From assembly GCA_024704765.1 (NCBI GenBank), contig JAKMXF010000155.1:62001-126000 (forward strand): DNA of 64,000 nt. Direction: 5' to 3'. This stretch comes from Oopsacas minuta. Lineage: Eukaryota > Animalia > Porifera. The first letter of the stretch is position 1. Each line of letters opens with the position of its first letter. The translations under genes were made by a program, and so were the position numbers. Below the pieces are notes generated by a model. That model worked only from the letters and a program-made list of their open reading frames with translations, was not told the DNA's origin and ran no database searches. Shown here piece by piece: positions 37,881-51,350 of the stretch.

Positions 37881-39164
37881 TCTTTGTAGGTCGGTTCCTT
37901 GTTAGTCCGGTCTGGTCTGGTCCTGCTCCATAATTTTATAGCAATCTGTACCACTAGTAGGATACTAGACGATTCTCAATAAAAGTATCCGATCACGATC
38001 CTGGCTGAAATAACATCTGCTTTCCTGGTTCCGATCCAAAATTTCGGAAATTTCTGCTATCCGACCACTAACTAATTTACGATCCCCTAACTGGTGGTTT
38101 CTATACATTTAGTCGGTTATTTTGGGTACTGTAGCAGACTAAAATTTTTGAATTTATGATATGATTAATCATCAATAGATTCATACATACATTGGCGCTA
38201 CATCAAACCAAAATGTACTACCATGTATATTTTTACTGATGTTATGTTGCTGTTTGAGCACTCAATTATACGTAAACAATGTCAGACAACCAAGAAACTT
38301 ACATTCTACAAACAAGCGAAGGCGGTATATTATAACGATTTATTTGCAGGAAAATATAGTATGATAAACCAATAGTGACAATAGGATGAATATACCTATT
38401 GTATCCAACATTATTTAAACTTTTACAAATAAATGTAGTTAAATTACCAGAAAGTAAGAAAATCGATCTCAACCGTAAAGATCTAACCAAAATTAGATGA
38501 TGGTTCATTGAGCAAATTTGTCATAAGTAGGATTGATTGAGTGTTTCAAGATAGAGAAATTCCATAACCATCGATTTCACCAACATCAACCGATTTGCCA
38601 AAAATACGTGAGTCTAAAGCCCCAACCCAACCATTAGATATGCATTATTTTAAAATTGTTACGTCAAATAGTTATGGAATTTTGAAGCAAAGATATCTTC
38701 TTAAAGAAAGATTAGAGCATGTAGAATTTGCTTATCAACTCACAAATGCAATTATATTATATTTTGATTCAAATAAATGGAACTGAAAATAAGGTGTGAA
38801 GTGAAGCCGGAACTCTGACATTGCTTTGGAAGAAAGTAATGGAAGTTAATATTAGTGTTTTTACTTTGGTACTTGTGTCATTACACAATATAGAAATGAT
38901 AATTGGTCCCAATTCGCTACCTTAGGTTACTTAAATATTTGTTGTGTAGCTATTATTTCAATTTGTAAACTACTTCCAATTTTCCCGAATGTTGGAAATC
39001 CGATGCCAGTTTTCTGAATATTCCAATCTAGAGTAAGGTAAATATATTCAATTATAGATCCTGATCAGAATTAATAATAATTCAGATACCTTAATAGATT
39101 GAAATAAACAAATTGATATGATCAGTTAAGAATGGTCGTATTTGCTCTTGTAAAAGCTCAACTG

Positions 39165-40522
39165 CAGTATGTCACACAATTATTGGCATTGATTTTAACT
39201 ATCGATTACTTCTACCCTGTAAAATATTTATTATTTTGAACTTTATTATATCAATATACTGATGAATAAGAAAGATGTATATGTGATCCCACAACGAATA
39301 AATTAATATCTAATTTTTCCACCCTTATTTTTCAAACAGAGTTAAATTCTTTTCTCCATTGAAAGGCAGAACGGCCTAATAAATTCAGGATCGAATGATT
39401 GCCATATCTCAATAATTCCCTTCTTCAACTGTTCTACAGTTTTTGGTGCTCGCACCATCAGTCTTCTTTTGAGTACACCCCATAGATTTTCAATAGGAGC
39501 TAGATCAGGACTGTTGGGAGGCCAATCAATCCTGTGGGGTACAAATTGGGACTTCCATGCTTTTGCCACTTTTCCTGTGTGCACTGGGCTATTGTCCTCT
39601 TGCAAAATCCAAACATTACCATAGAGAGGGTTAGCCTGCTCTATCAAGTATTCGTTGAGAGTAGAAATATAACGCAATTGAATAAAGTTCTCTCTAAAAA
39701 TACACAATGGCGTAGCCCCCATCAGAGAAATGCCACCCCAAAGATGAACTTTGGATGGATGTCGATATGAAGGCAATTGAACTGGTTGACCTTTCTTTGT
39801 CCACACTTTAACTTTTCCCGAATCGAGCCAGATTGAACATTCGTCCGTAAAAAATATTTTTGACCAATCAAACCTTTTCATATCCTTACACCAATTGACG
39901 CGCTTTTGGACCTGAAGGTCAGTTAATGCTGGAATTCGAATCACAGGGGATTTTACGAAATTTTGTCTTTTAAGGTGACGATATACAGTACTTTCCCAAC
40001 ATTCGATTGCAATCTGGTAGTCAATTGTCGTACAGACATCCTTACATTCGATTTTAATAGAATGGATATCCTTCTCTTGTCGTTTGGTGGAATTTTCGTT
40101 GGTGGACCAGCTCCCTTTTGTGAAAAAGACATTTGTCTTTTTTTATCAGCGCAATAACTCGAAACACAGTTCTGACGGGAACACCAATACGCGAGGATAT
40201 ACCTTTAGCGTTGGTAATTCCCCCATTGTAAAGGGTTTGAATTTCCATTCGACGTTGTTGTTGGGTTTTCAGACCAGCCATGAATAATATCACAATAATA
40301 GAATGCTAGCAAAAATACAACATAATTTGTGAAAAGAATTGTGAAATCTCTAATGGGTAGTGTTGAAATCAAGGGAGTCTAAACAAAATCAATAATATAT
40401 TGTATGTTTCTAATTTATTCTGCTGTACATTTCGAACTGGATTACTAAAATATCAAAGAATGGTTGGATAATATTAATTGATAACAAATCGAGATTACTG
40501 CCAATAATTATGGGACGAACTG
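39165..40522 (-). mobile_element. Tc1 (DD34E) element, decayed, related to copies A/B
   Basis: TIRs CAGTATGTCACACAATTATTGGCA and TGCCAATAATTATGGGACGAACTG. 1358 bp. Confidence 0.88.
39303..40281 (-). pseudogene. Tc1 transposase, frameshifted
   Basis: FFTDECSIWL, QEDNSPVH, WPPNSPDLAPIEN (DD34E). N-terminal HTH in 40054-40281. Confidence 0.92.
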
Positions 40523-40560
40523 TAATTCTAGCATACACGGTATGAGAAATTTAGGTATTA

Positions 40561-40595
40561 CATTCTGTCCCATAATTATTGGTATAGTAATCTAT
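40561..40595. mobile_element. Solo Tc1 TIR of the 39165-40522 family
   Basis: TA|CATTCTGTCCCATAATTATTGGTATAGTAATC, inverted relative to the TIR ending at 40522 and 38 bp from it. Confidence 0.55.
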
Positions 40596-41726
40596 TTCGT
40601 ATTTATAGGGATTCATTAGTTTTCTTCATTCATATACTATCACACTATTGATGTTTTCATTGGTTAATGTGTGATTCTCTGAAAAATCATATTCATTTTC
40701 GTATTTCAGAAAGTATGATGTGTCACCATGACTTAACAACATTTGATAGAATATATCTGTCATGATTTTTCCAAATATATTTGATTACACATTCTGTCGG
40801 AAAATATCAGAAACAGAAGATGGGTGGGCGCCAAACAATATGGAATCCTAAGTTAATCACTCCTGTACAGATTAACAGTACAATTGGCATTTCCTTAGTG
40901 ACATATCCGAATTTCTACAAATCAGTCTCTAGACATCACGGTTATTGGACTGGCAGGCCAGTTAAGTATCTAATTCTATTAAAATATCAGTTATAAAATA
41001 TATTACTGATGTTCAAATGATATCTTACCAATGAAATTGCTTTCAGATTACCATCTAAAGCAAGTAAAAACACTGTACACCAATATTCAAACGTTCTGGT
41101 GTCACATACTAGTGTCTGAAATTATGTGACGTCATTTCAACTTAGAAAATGTTTTGTGACTTGGTTTTTTGTTAAACCTTATATCTACCAAACATACACT
41201 TGGTTCAACATGTGCCATTATGATATCAGCAAAACAAGTAGGATAACGTATGTGAATATATTGCATCACTTCGTAGTACCCAGTCCTGATTCTGCCATCA
41301 CCAAGAGAGTAGATCCAAATCAAAAGTGGCAGGGAGAAGTTTAAAAGCTGGTAATCTGCTGTAAAGATCAGTGCAAAATTATCATAAACCATCCCAAATT
41401 CTTCAGAACTTGGGGAACGTGACAATAGGAATAAAAGTAGCAATTATGGGGGTTAAGTCCTCCCGGGTCTGGGATTGGAGTTCCCAAATATAAGCGTAAA
41501 AGTAGCCATTCTGGAGGGTTCAGGCCCCCAGATCTGGGATCTTGGGCTCTGGAGTCTGGACCCCTCAGACTTGTGGAAATTTGGTTTTACTCCTATTGAC
41601 GAGACCGACCCATAACCCCAGAGATTTACGCCCATGTCCACCTCTTTGATGTCCTGAATGCGATAGTATAGTTTAATACCGAATTATAAAGCCTATAATT
41701 GTAATGCACTAAAGCGAAATGTTATA

Positions 41727-43102
41727 CAGTCTGTTTCAAAAGTATTGGCAGTAAATTATAATATTAATATTTCAGAAATTGGAACAAATAGCAAATAGAT
41801 AATGATACTACGAAATTCCACGGGTAAGATATATCTGTAAACAAAATTTCAGTAATTAATCTTCTCCCCTCTCGAATTTATGCACATATTTACACGGTTA
41901 GGCATAGATAATATAAAATTTTTCAGGAAATCGGGGATAAAAGTCTCCCATTCGTAAATTATAGCTACTTCTAAATCAGCCAAGTTATTGAGAGATCTCT
42001 TTGACAACCTCTGCTTTAGGACTCCCCAGATGTTTTCAATTGGATTTAAGTCCGGAGAATAGGCAGGCCAATCCAATACTAGAATATTTTCACTATCTTT
42101 CCACTCTTTGCTGAGCTTAGATTTATGAATTGGGGAATTGTCTTCCTGCAGAATCCATCCCTCAGGTTAGTAAACATCAGCTGTTCTGATTAAACACTCA
42201 TTCAGAGTATCAATATACAATTTGGAGACAAAATTAGAAGTAAATATCTTCAATATTGTGGTTCCCATGGAAGAAATCCCTCCCCAAACGTGTAATTTTG
42301 GTGTGTGCCGTTGAACCTTCAGAATAGGATTTTCTTTTGCTCTAGTCCACATGCCAACACTTCCCCGATTTAACCAAATAGAACATTCGTCTGTGAAGAA
42401 TACATTCTCCCAACAATAATTCACATGATCTTTACACCATTCAACTCTGTTTTTAGCTATTAATGGGGTAATGAATGGTCCCATAACAGGTTGTTTAAAG
42501 TTAAATCCACAAGCACGAGTTGCCCGGTAGACTGTTGAAGTTGATGGAGCATCAGTGTACTTGGAAGAGAGATTCGCGCGTACAGAACGTATAGAGATCT
42601 TAGAATGAGAATTTAACGTTCGTATAATTGATTGTTTGTGTGAATATGTGATAGCCTTGGGACGCCCACTAACACTTTATGTGTTATGCTTTTACCTTCA
42701 CGAAGTATAGATTTTATACGAAAAATTGTCCTCAATGGTATCCCTGTTTTAGCAGAGATTTCCTTCGCTGAAGTAATACCTACATCAATAAATATTTTGA
42801 TTTTCTTCCTCTGTTCTAATTGCGACATATAGCTACAAATAGGGCTATAATATAATTTGTTTTATTAAATGAGATCAAATTGGCAGCTGTGGCGGTGGGA
42901 AATTTTATGCCTCAAAATTCCCCGTTTCAAGTATCTGAATCGAGGTAAACATTAAGAAAGTCCATCATGATTAATGATAAACTTCATGATGACTATCTAA
43001 GTATGCAATATCGAAAAGATCAATAGATAATACAATCACACAATTGAATAGGCTTAGGAATTATGAAATATGAACTACTGCCAATACTTTTGAAACAGAC
43101 TG
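41727..43102 (-). mobile_element. Tc1 (DD34E) element, copy B, 1376 bp, near-identical to copy A
   Basis: Same TIR and TA flanks. Reverse complement of 25275-26651 apart from a handful of substitutions and one 1-bp deletion. Confidence 0.97.
41849..42828 (-). pseudogene. Tc1 transposase copy B, same TAA as copy A plus a 1-bp frameshift near 42676
   Basis: ORFs 42613-42828, 42167-42484 and 41849-42076 match copy A. Stop at 42167-42169. Confidence 0.95.
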
Positions 43103-43261
43103 TAATAGCTAATTGCTCATACTGTCAATGTAAGAAAATAGTTAAGCATTTACATCTGCAAATACAACCATTGTTAAACTGATTATATCAAATTTAGTAA
43201 TTTTAATCTACAAAGAATTTGAATGATCTTGAATTTTGATCAGTATCTATATTAGAATATA

Positions 43262-44604
43262 CAAGGGTGTCCAGAAATTATTGATACCATGAATTTCTAT
43301 TTTTATTTGACCATATTTTGATTTATGTTGTTTCCTAAGCATGTATAATGATATTTCATTCATGTTCACTACCGATTCAATCTTTTTCGCAATTGTGAAT
43401 CTCAAATATCAAAAAATTTAGTGAAATTTTATATAATTTATTTAACCACAATTCCTATCTTTATTAGCATCATTATCATGAATATTGAGATTCGTTCACG
43501 TGCTATTAGTATGATAGAAGGCGGCATGACACAAAAAGATGTAACTAATCGTCTTAGTAGGGAATTGCCACTATTAAAAGGTGGTGGAAACGCCATATCA
43601 ATAACCAGAGTCTCCATCATAGACCTGGTGCAGGCAGGCCGCCAAAATTGAATCCAGTAGCAAAGATGATAATATCAAAGTCTTTGGGAAAAAGACATCA
43701 GTCCATAAGGAGATTGAGTGCAAAATTGAAATATAAAGGACATCTATTTCGAAAAGTACTGTACACTCTTATTTGAAGAAGTCTGTAGGCCCTAAACCCT
43801 TCAAAAGGCCCAAACAACCGAAATTGACACCAAAACATAAGGAAAACAGACTTTTGTTCTACCAAAAATATCTAAATTGGTCAGTGGATGATTGCAAATG
43901 CATTCTTTGGAGTGATGAGTCTACATTTGAACTTTTTCATCCCTCAAACCATCAAAATGACCGAAATTGGGCAAAGAGTTCAGCAAATATACGCCCTCAG
44001 CAAACAGTAAAATTTCCTCAAAGAGTCATGGTGTGGGGCATGATGAGCTATCAAGCGGTCTCTGAACTGCACATAATAACTCCTAAACAAAATATAAATG
44101 CCGCCTATTTTACGGATGAGATATTGGCCAAAACCTGTAAAGAGACAATAAAACGCAAAAGAAGACAGGAAATATTTTGCAAAAGAGAATGCTTCCAGAC
44201 CCGTTGAAATCGATATTCATGCAAGATGGTGCTCCATCTCACAGGGCCAAAATTTCGCAAGAATGGTGTTATAAACACTTACGTAATTTTTGGCAGAAAG
44301 AAGTGTGGACAGGTAATTCGCCAGACCTGAACCCCATTGAAAATCTTTGGGCAATACTCAAGCAAAAGCTTGAGGAGGCACCCCAGCCGGACAACCTTCA
44401 AGACCTCACATTTCTTCTGAAAAATGCTTGGTCAAACTTAGATTCTTTGCTCCTCGAAAATTTAATAGTAGGCATGCCGAATAGAATTGCAAAATGCACA
44501 GAATTAGAAGGAGATTATATAGGTAAATGAAATGAATAAATGGTGGGTAGTTTTCGAAACTTATAGCAACTTATGAAAGGTATCAATAATTACTGGACAC
44601 CCTG
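43262..44604 (+). mobile_element. Tc1-like element with DD37E triad
   Basis: TIRs CA(A)GGGTGTCCAG(A/T)AATTATTGATACC, TA flanks, 1343 bp. Confidence 0.92.
43478..44530 (+). pseudogene. DD37E transposase, frameshifted
   Basis: ILWSDESTFEL; FMQDGAPSH...WTGNSPDLNPIENLW with 37 residues between D and E. Confidence 0.92.
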
Positions 44605-44822
44605 TATATTTACCTTTCTCTAGAATGAAATAATCAGAAAACTGGTATTGGATTTCCAACAATTTGTGAAATCTGGAAATAGTGTACAAATTATAAATAA
44701 TAGTTACACAACGGAAATTTAAGTAACCTAAAGGCAGCGAATTAGAACCAATTCCAAATTTTATATGGTGTAATAAATAGGTACCCATCTTAAACACTTT
44801 GAATTTAGCTTCCCAAACTATA

Positions 44823-46163
44823 CAAGGTGTAACAAAAGTGTTGTCCCCTTCGATTGCCAGAAGCATCTAGGAGAAATAACTACACAATATCAACTTTCAT
44901 TTGTTTATATAATCACCTCCCATTTCCAAAACAACTTTAACTCTGTTTGGCAAGCTGGCTACTAAATTTCCAAATTTCGGGAGTAATGGCTTGCCATGAT
45001 AATTTCAAGGTTTCAATTAACTGATTTCGATTTGTCATCTGACCCTTCTCATTAACTCTCTCTTTCAATATAGCCCAAAGGTTTTCAATTGGGTTCAGGT
45101 CCGGTAAATTTCCTGGCCAGTCACCTTTCTCCCAAACCCGTTTAGACTATCTCGGCACCACTTCTGAGTCATTTTGGCCGTGTGGGCAGGAGCACCATCT
45201 TGCATAAAGATGAAATCGGACATGTTTCCCAACATTGGCGGCTCTGAAATAAGTCCCATATTTTCTGTACGGTTGATGGCATCTCTACAAGTCTTGGCTA
45301 ATATTTCATCCCTGTAATATAGCGAGTTTACAGTCTGTCCTTGTGGAATTATATGGAGCTCAGATAGTGCTTGATGCGACATAAGTCCCCAAACATGAAT
45401 TTTTTGAGGAAACTTCACCGACAAAATGTGAGGAACATCTTTAGTTGTTTTAGCCCAAACACAATCATTATGCCAATTGGGTGTTGCATTCAGTTCAAAG
45501 GGAGACTCATCAGACCAAAGAACTTTTTTCCAATCTTCCACGCCCCAATTTTGATGTTTCTTGGCAAAATTCAGTCTGTCCTGGATGTTTTTTGCCCATA
45601 AACGGGGGTCTTTTGCCTGTTGAACGCTGATGCACCAATTGAGTTGGTCAAATAGCGATAAACTGTCATGTGAGAGACAGGGTCATTACTTGAGTTCAAT
45701 CTCTTTGCGATCTTGCGAGTTGATTGCCTTCTTTTAGTCAAAGTTTTGGAGATAATGATCTTATTGACCCGATGCAAAATCGGCGGTCTGCCAGAACGGG
45801 TCTTGGTTTCCAGGCTCATTCCTTTTTATACGCACTCCACCACCTCTTGACAGATCTCACTGAAACGTCTAGTTCGAGAGCTACGTTTTGCTGTGAAAGA
45901 CCACTCCTTAACATACCTACTGTTTGAGAACGAACCTCTAACCCGTGGTCGCGGACATCCATTCCGAATAGAGAAAATGATTTTACGAAATCCAAGTAAA
46001 AAGAAAGAGATAAAAATAATATTAATCAAACTGCGATAGAAATAGCCAAAAACTATTATGGTAATAGCTAGAAAGAGTAAGTCAGATGCAATAGTCAAGG
46101 TTCAGTTTTATAAACTCAATCAATGACAAAAAAGAAAGGGGACAACACTTTTGTTACACCCTG
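44823..46163 (-). mobile_element. Second Tc1-like DD37E element (different family)
   Basis: TIRs CA(A/G)GGTGTAACAAAAGTGTTGTCCCCTT, TA flanks, 1341 bp. Confidence 0.93.
44897..45958 (-). pseudogene. DD37E transposase, frameshifted
   Basis: VLWSDESPFEL; FMQDGAPAH...WPGNLPDLNPIENLW. 37-residue spacing after repairing one frameshift. Confidence 0.9.
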
Positions 46164-49143
46164 TAGATGAAATCAATTTCAGAATTCCGGTTCACTTCAC
46201 ACCTTGGTTTCAGTTCTAATTATGTAATGTATAAACTTAAGCATTACTGCATTTAGGAGGCGATAAGCAGATTCTACTGCTCTAATCTATCTTTATAAAG
46301 AATTTCATTTCAATCAGACATGAGCTGACAAGTTGTAAGATATTCTAATGACTTGAATTCAAAGTTTTAACTCACTTTTGAATATTTGTCAAGTCCAAAA
46401 TTCCATAACCACTTGACGAAACAATCTATAATTAATTCATATCTAATGATTGGGTAGGGGAAAGGATCCGGAAGTTTTCAGAAAATTATCGATTCGATCC
46501 CGATCACGGTCCTACATTATCAAATAGATCGACGATAATCTACCGATCCTCGAAAATAATCTCGATCCGGATAGTACGGTCTTTGATCGAAAGTTCCTAA
46601 TGCCCAACCATATTGTAATTGACATACATGGCATTACTCTGATTTCGCTCTACTAAATTTTTCTGAAAGCTTTTTAATGTATAGAAAACATGAATCAATC
46701 TGCAGTCAATATTTCAAAGTATACCTTTGTAGCTGTGTTGCCAAAAAACGATAAAAAATGTAGTAATCGGCAAACGAAATTTGTTTAATTGTATCAAGTT
46801 TGTAAGCCTTCTTTTTCTGAAACTCCTTTACAGAAGATATCGAAACAATGTGTATCAGTGAAATGCTCATCGGAATGTATAATAAATACAAGTACGATGT
46901 AATACTTTACTTTAGGACGACCACAAAAAGTACAATTTACATATGACTGAACATTTCAAAAAAAGATTTAGTTAAAATGGCAAAATCCGATGTTAACCTA
47001 GGGCCCCAACTACCCTAATTCTGCCCTAGTCTATAGATCGTTTCATATATTCCCTTGAAATGAAGGATGCATTATTTAACGTTCTACAAGGGTTAAAGAA
47101 TGGCGTTATCATTCTATTCACTTTGACAATGGTTGTTACTTAAGATTTTGGAACAGGAATGTGTTAAATAATACAAACTATACAATTTTCACATATTTTG
47201 GAATTGATACAGTCAACTCTTGTTGTACCAAAGCTTAAGCGACCGCAAACAATACTTCGATAAATCTTAGTTCGATATAACCGATGAATTATATGATCCA
47301 TCTACGGTTTGGCAGCATATTTGTTAAATTTATTACTGGGGTGCATGCATTAGTTCAAATTCTGAAGCTTGTCAATACGAAGGTTACCATTGGTTCGACT
47401 CGGCTTTAATACTCTAGCTTAATTTAATCAACTAGAAAGAATAAATTAGCCAACCTATACTGAAATCTCACGCGCATCCAATGCGCAGCAACATGTTCCA
47501 GACATGTGGACACATAACTACTTGGGTAGTGAAACGAGTGACATTAAAGTAGGGCTGAGGTAGAGTGGCACAGTTCAGTACGACCTGACCGATGCATCAC
47601 TACCAGAGGCATCAAATATAAATTGCTATGCTAGGGATAATATATTTAAAAACCAAATGGATTAGCTCTTCTATTCTATTTGGATATCCAATATAAGTAC
47701 AGAGGATCTCGTTTTGCGATAATGGTTAAAACGTATATTGGATAAGGAGTACAAATAGGTCATATTATTAGTCCCCTTCGGTCGGTCCTTGTTTGAGCCT
47801 GTACTGTCCAGTCTCGATCCATAATTTCGTAGCAATCTGCAACACTAGGCTGGCTACCAAACATTCTAGCATCACACAGTCATAGGTTATTGTAGTGTTG
47901 TGTAGACTCTATTCTCCATATCCATATAACTGAATATATTACAAGTCAATAACTAGCATATACTGAACAACTGGATATCTTTCATATGGAATATTTGCAA
48001 TGTGTGGCAGGTGCCCCTGTACTCCCCTTTGATGAACAGTGGCAAAAAATGGCAATTTATTGGAAATAGACATGTAGATAGATAATAGCTACGAATGCGA
48101 AACTTTCACACATAGTCAATATATGATAGAAATTGATTGGAAACGTCCAAATTTATGTACGAGCAGTATTTAAGACAATTTGTCGAGTTGAGATACATTT
48201 GTGAATATGATATTTTACTGCAATAAAACATCCCTATATTGGCAGCCCATTAGTTAAAGAAAAAGTTATCCCCAAGGGGGAAATTCGAAAGCGAGAAATT
48301 CCACCCTAACATATTGTAGTAAGTTAAAATAAGCTGTAAAATAATTTGCTTATTGACAAACTATCAATTCAAATCTATACTTAGCAAAATGGGCTATTAA
48401 ACAGTGAGATATTTCATTTTGTTTGGTGGGATTAGAAATTATAATAAAATAAATATTTGGTCTCTATCTTCTGCTATAAGTTAAAGGTAACAAAAAGAAA
48501 CAAATATATATTCATTATATGCCGATTAGCCCTAGAATATCCTCAAAATCCATGGTATTATCGAAGATATGGATAGTTTTAATGTACTAAATAGCAAGAG
48601 TGCGAGCAACGGAACTATAAGAAGTATCTTTTGTAGTGCAGGCAATGCAAATAATTATTACCAATTCTTTCATCAATAATCAATTGAACAAAATAATGTA
48701 TTTTTCGGCCTGCTTCAAAGTAATCTAATGGAAAAGCATCACTTCGATATAACGAGAGTTTCGTTATATTCCCCTTGGTTATTCGGTAATTGTGATATCC
48801 AAGCGATAGGAGAAGGCCAATATAAAAATGAAATTTAAGTTCGATCTTAAAATATTTCAATTGTCTTACCTATAGGGCTATGGCCATTGTTTCCACAAAG
48901 TGCGACAAAATCGTCGATTAACGCTCTTAGAATATCTAGTTGCGTTGAAATGAAGACACTATGGATAGGCTTAATAAGTATAAAAGAGTCAGTGCCCAAA
49001 CTAATCAGAAAAATACTATGAGAAACGCTGCTCATAACTACTATATAATATCGATAGAAAAATAGCTGAGCCACGGATAAAAACGGAGGCTAGTTATAAA
49101 TTTCATAATTGTGAAATTAACCCTCCAATGTTTTCCTAATATA

Positions 49144-49990
49144 CAGTATTTTCAGAAATTATTGGCAGTATTTCAATAGACAGTTTCGAGCTACATATCA
49201 GCAGAAATGTATTCAAATAGAGTAATGTTCACCCACAATCTTGAGAAAAATTTGGATACCGATAAGCATTTTATTCAACCACGTGAAATTGTTGAAAGTT
49301 TATTGGATGGATACCATATTTTTGCAAAGTAGTGTAGTACCCCTATTCTGACTATCGACATCTATAAAAATTTCTGTTCTCAGAATAAAATTCCAGGAAA
49401 TACAAAGGAATAAGATAAAACTTCGTATGAAGCCATGATAACTCCAGCAATATTTCCAAGAGAACCCAGATTCCAGAGCGAACTGTGTACCCGGTGCTCA
49501 AGTAAATAAAATCAAATTTGAGTTTCAACATGGAAGTGGAGTAGGAAGGCCTAGAAAATTCTAGTAAATGAGAATAGGAGGACTATAAACTTGGTCAAGG
49601 CTTATCCCAGGATAACACTGAGCGAAATAGCACAAAATAACAGCGAAGTTGCACTGAGTACGTTACATACTGAGATCAAGCGGCAGAACCTTCATTACAC
49701 CTCAGTTGTTAGAGTCCCGACCATAACTGACGCTCATTTGACCAAGAGAATCGATTGGAGTCGAACGGTATTTACCGACGAGTGCTCAGTGTGGCTTGAT
49801 TCTGGTACTGTAAAAGTATGGACAAAAAAACGACAGCTCAATTTCCTCCCACATTCAAACATCCAGCTAAAGTTCATTTATGGGGTGAAAATTCAGTTCT
49901 AGGGTGAATGCCCTACTCGATTTTTACTGAAAATTTAAATCAAATGGCTCACATTGGCACATTAAATGGACACCAATGAACTGTATCCGC
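49144..49990 (+). pseudogene. Tc1 remnant of the 39165-40522 lineage (left TIR and N-terminal half)
   Basis: TA|CAGTATTTTTCAGAAATTATTGGCAGTA; GSGVGRPRK; VFTDECSVWLDSGTVKVWTKK. Confidence 0.8.
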
Positions 49991-50795
49991 ATCCCATTGA
50001 TCTATTTTCCTATTTACCTTAGAGATACATTTCCTAATCTAACATCGTTATGATCTTCTCATAATACAATAGCCTGGGGATATCAGTGGAAATTCGGATT
50101 TATCGATAATTAAACCACATAATTAAGGAATTGTATAACTCTGGCTTTCCATAGTTCATATACTATTAGATAACCAAAAACGTTAAATGTTATACATTTT
50201 TATGAAATCGCACTAAACTGTATGAAGGTATAATCATACATAAATTTTGGGTTTCAAATCGATTTCATTGCAATACTATATACAAATAATTTAAAACACA
50301 ATCGTGCTGCCTACATACTTCATTTCCCCCATGTCCCTGGTTTGCCCACTGTGACAATAGTGTCGGAATATTCAGGGGGATTTGTATCATCGCATGCTAT
50401 TTCAGATCAGCACCACTGTCGAATTATAGAAGTTTTCCGAATTATACAGTGTAGGATCATGCAAGACTCTTTTGTAGTCTGATCAACAGAATTTGCAAAA
50501 CGTCGAATGAAGGCATAAATAAAAGAACAAAAGGCGGGCAAAGTTCCATGCACAATAAAGAGCAAAACTTCGGGTTCAGTTGCCGAAACTCAATAAATAA
50601 TTCTAAACTATGATATTTTGTATTGTAAATCAAAATCAACAATATAAAGCACCGAGAGTTCATAGCACGAAAGCACAAGTTTTAGAATCAAACATACTGC
50701 AAACGGCGAAGAATAATACTGTATATCGTAATCACTATCGTACGGCCGTAGATTAAGCAAATACTGCCGAGAAATGAGCAATGTGTAAAGGGGAT

Positions 50796-51350
50796 GAAAT
50801 CTCGATTAGGGTGCGGGAATTGGTAAAACGAAGTGGAAAATTATCGTATTGCTTTTCGTTACGAATGTAACATTTCGGCAGTAATCGGCTATAGTAGAGT
50901 AATTTTGAATATTGTTGAGTCATAAAGCAATTATTTTAGGCCGCATTTTGCGGCGTAGCCAGAGCAAAAGAGGCTCCGGTCATGCCAATCTTCTTCAAAA
51001 AGTGAGAGAGTTTTGCGCCTTTTCCCTCTCAGTTTTGTGGAAATTACTTCCCAAAAATAAAGTAAATAGTATAAACTACATATATCAAATGTATTCGAAA
51101 ACATAATTGTAGAATAAAAATCAACCATCGAAATTCACTCATTTAGCAAATTAGAAACTAAAATTAATAGCAATTTGTTACTTCTGAAGTAAAATTTGAG
51201 TAAAATATTTTCTCTATCAACCGAAAACTGCCGGGAAAGGGTCATTTTATGATGTCAAAATTGGGCTGAAGTCTCGATTTTGTGTGCGGGGAATTGGTAA
51301 AAACGATGTGGCAATTTATGGTGTTCCTTTTCGTTTCGAACGTAACATTT
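50796..51350. repeat. Degenerate about 80-bp direct repeat pair (50796-50875 and 51268-51350)
   Basis: Both read GAA(A/G)TCTCGATT..GTGCGGG(G)AATTGGTAAAA(A)CGA(A/T)GTGG..CTTTTCGTT(A/T)CGAA(T/C)GTAACATTT. Confidence 0.85.

Noticed and set aside
37885-38090. GATC/GGTCC-rich segments shared loosely with 46450-46610 and 47775-47850
   Set aside because: Probably fragments of a hAT-type MITE family, but I could not define termini or TSDs.
38595-38786. Possible Harbinger nuclease remnant (YGILKQRY)
   Set aside because: Only one short motif matches, which is insufficient.
27484-43102. Apparent strand blocks (plus-strand elements at 15-33 kb, minus-strand at 35-43 kb) suggesting a unistrand piRNA cluster
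   Set aside because: Too few elements, and orientation is mixed over the whole window, so this is compatible with chance.
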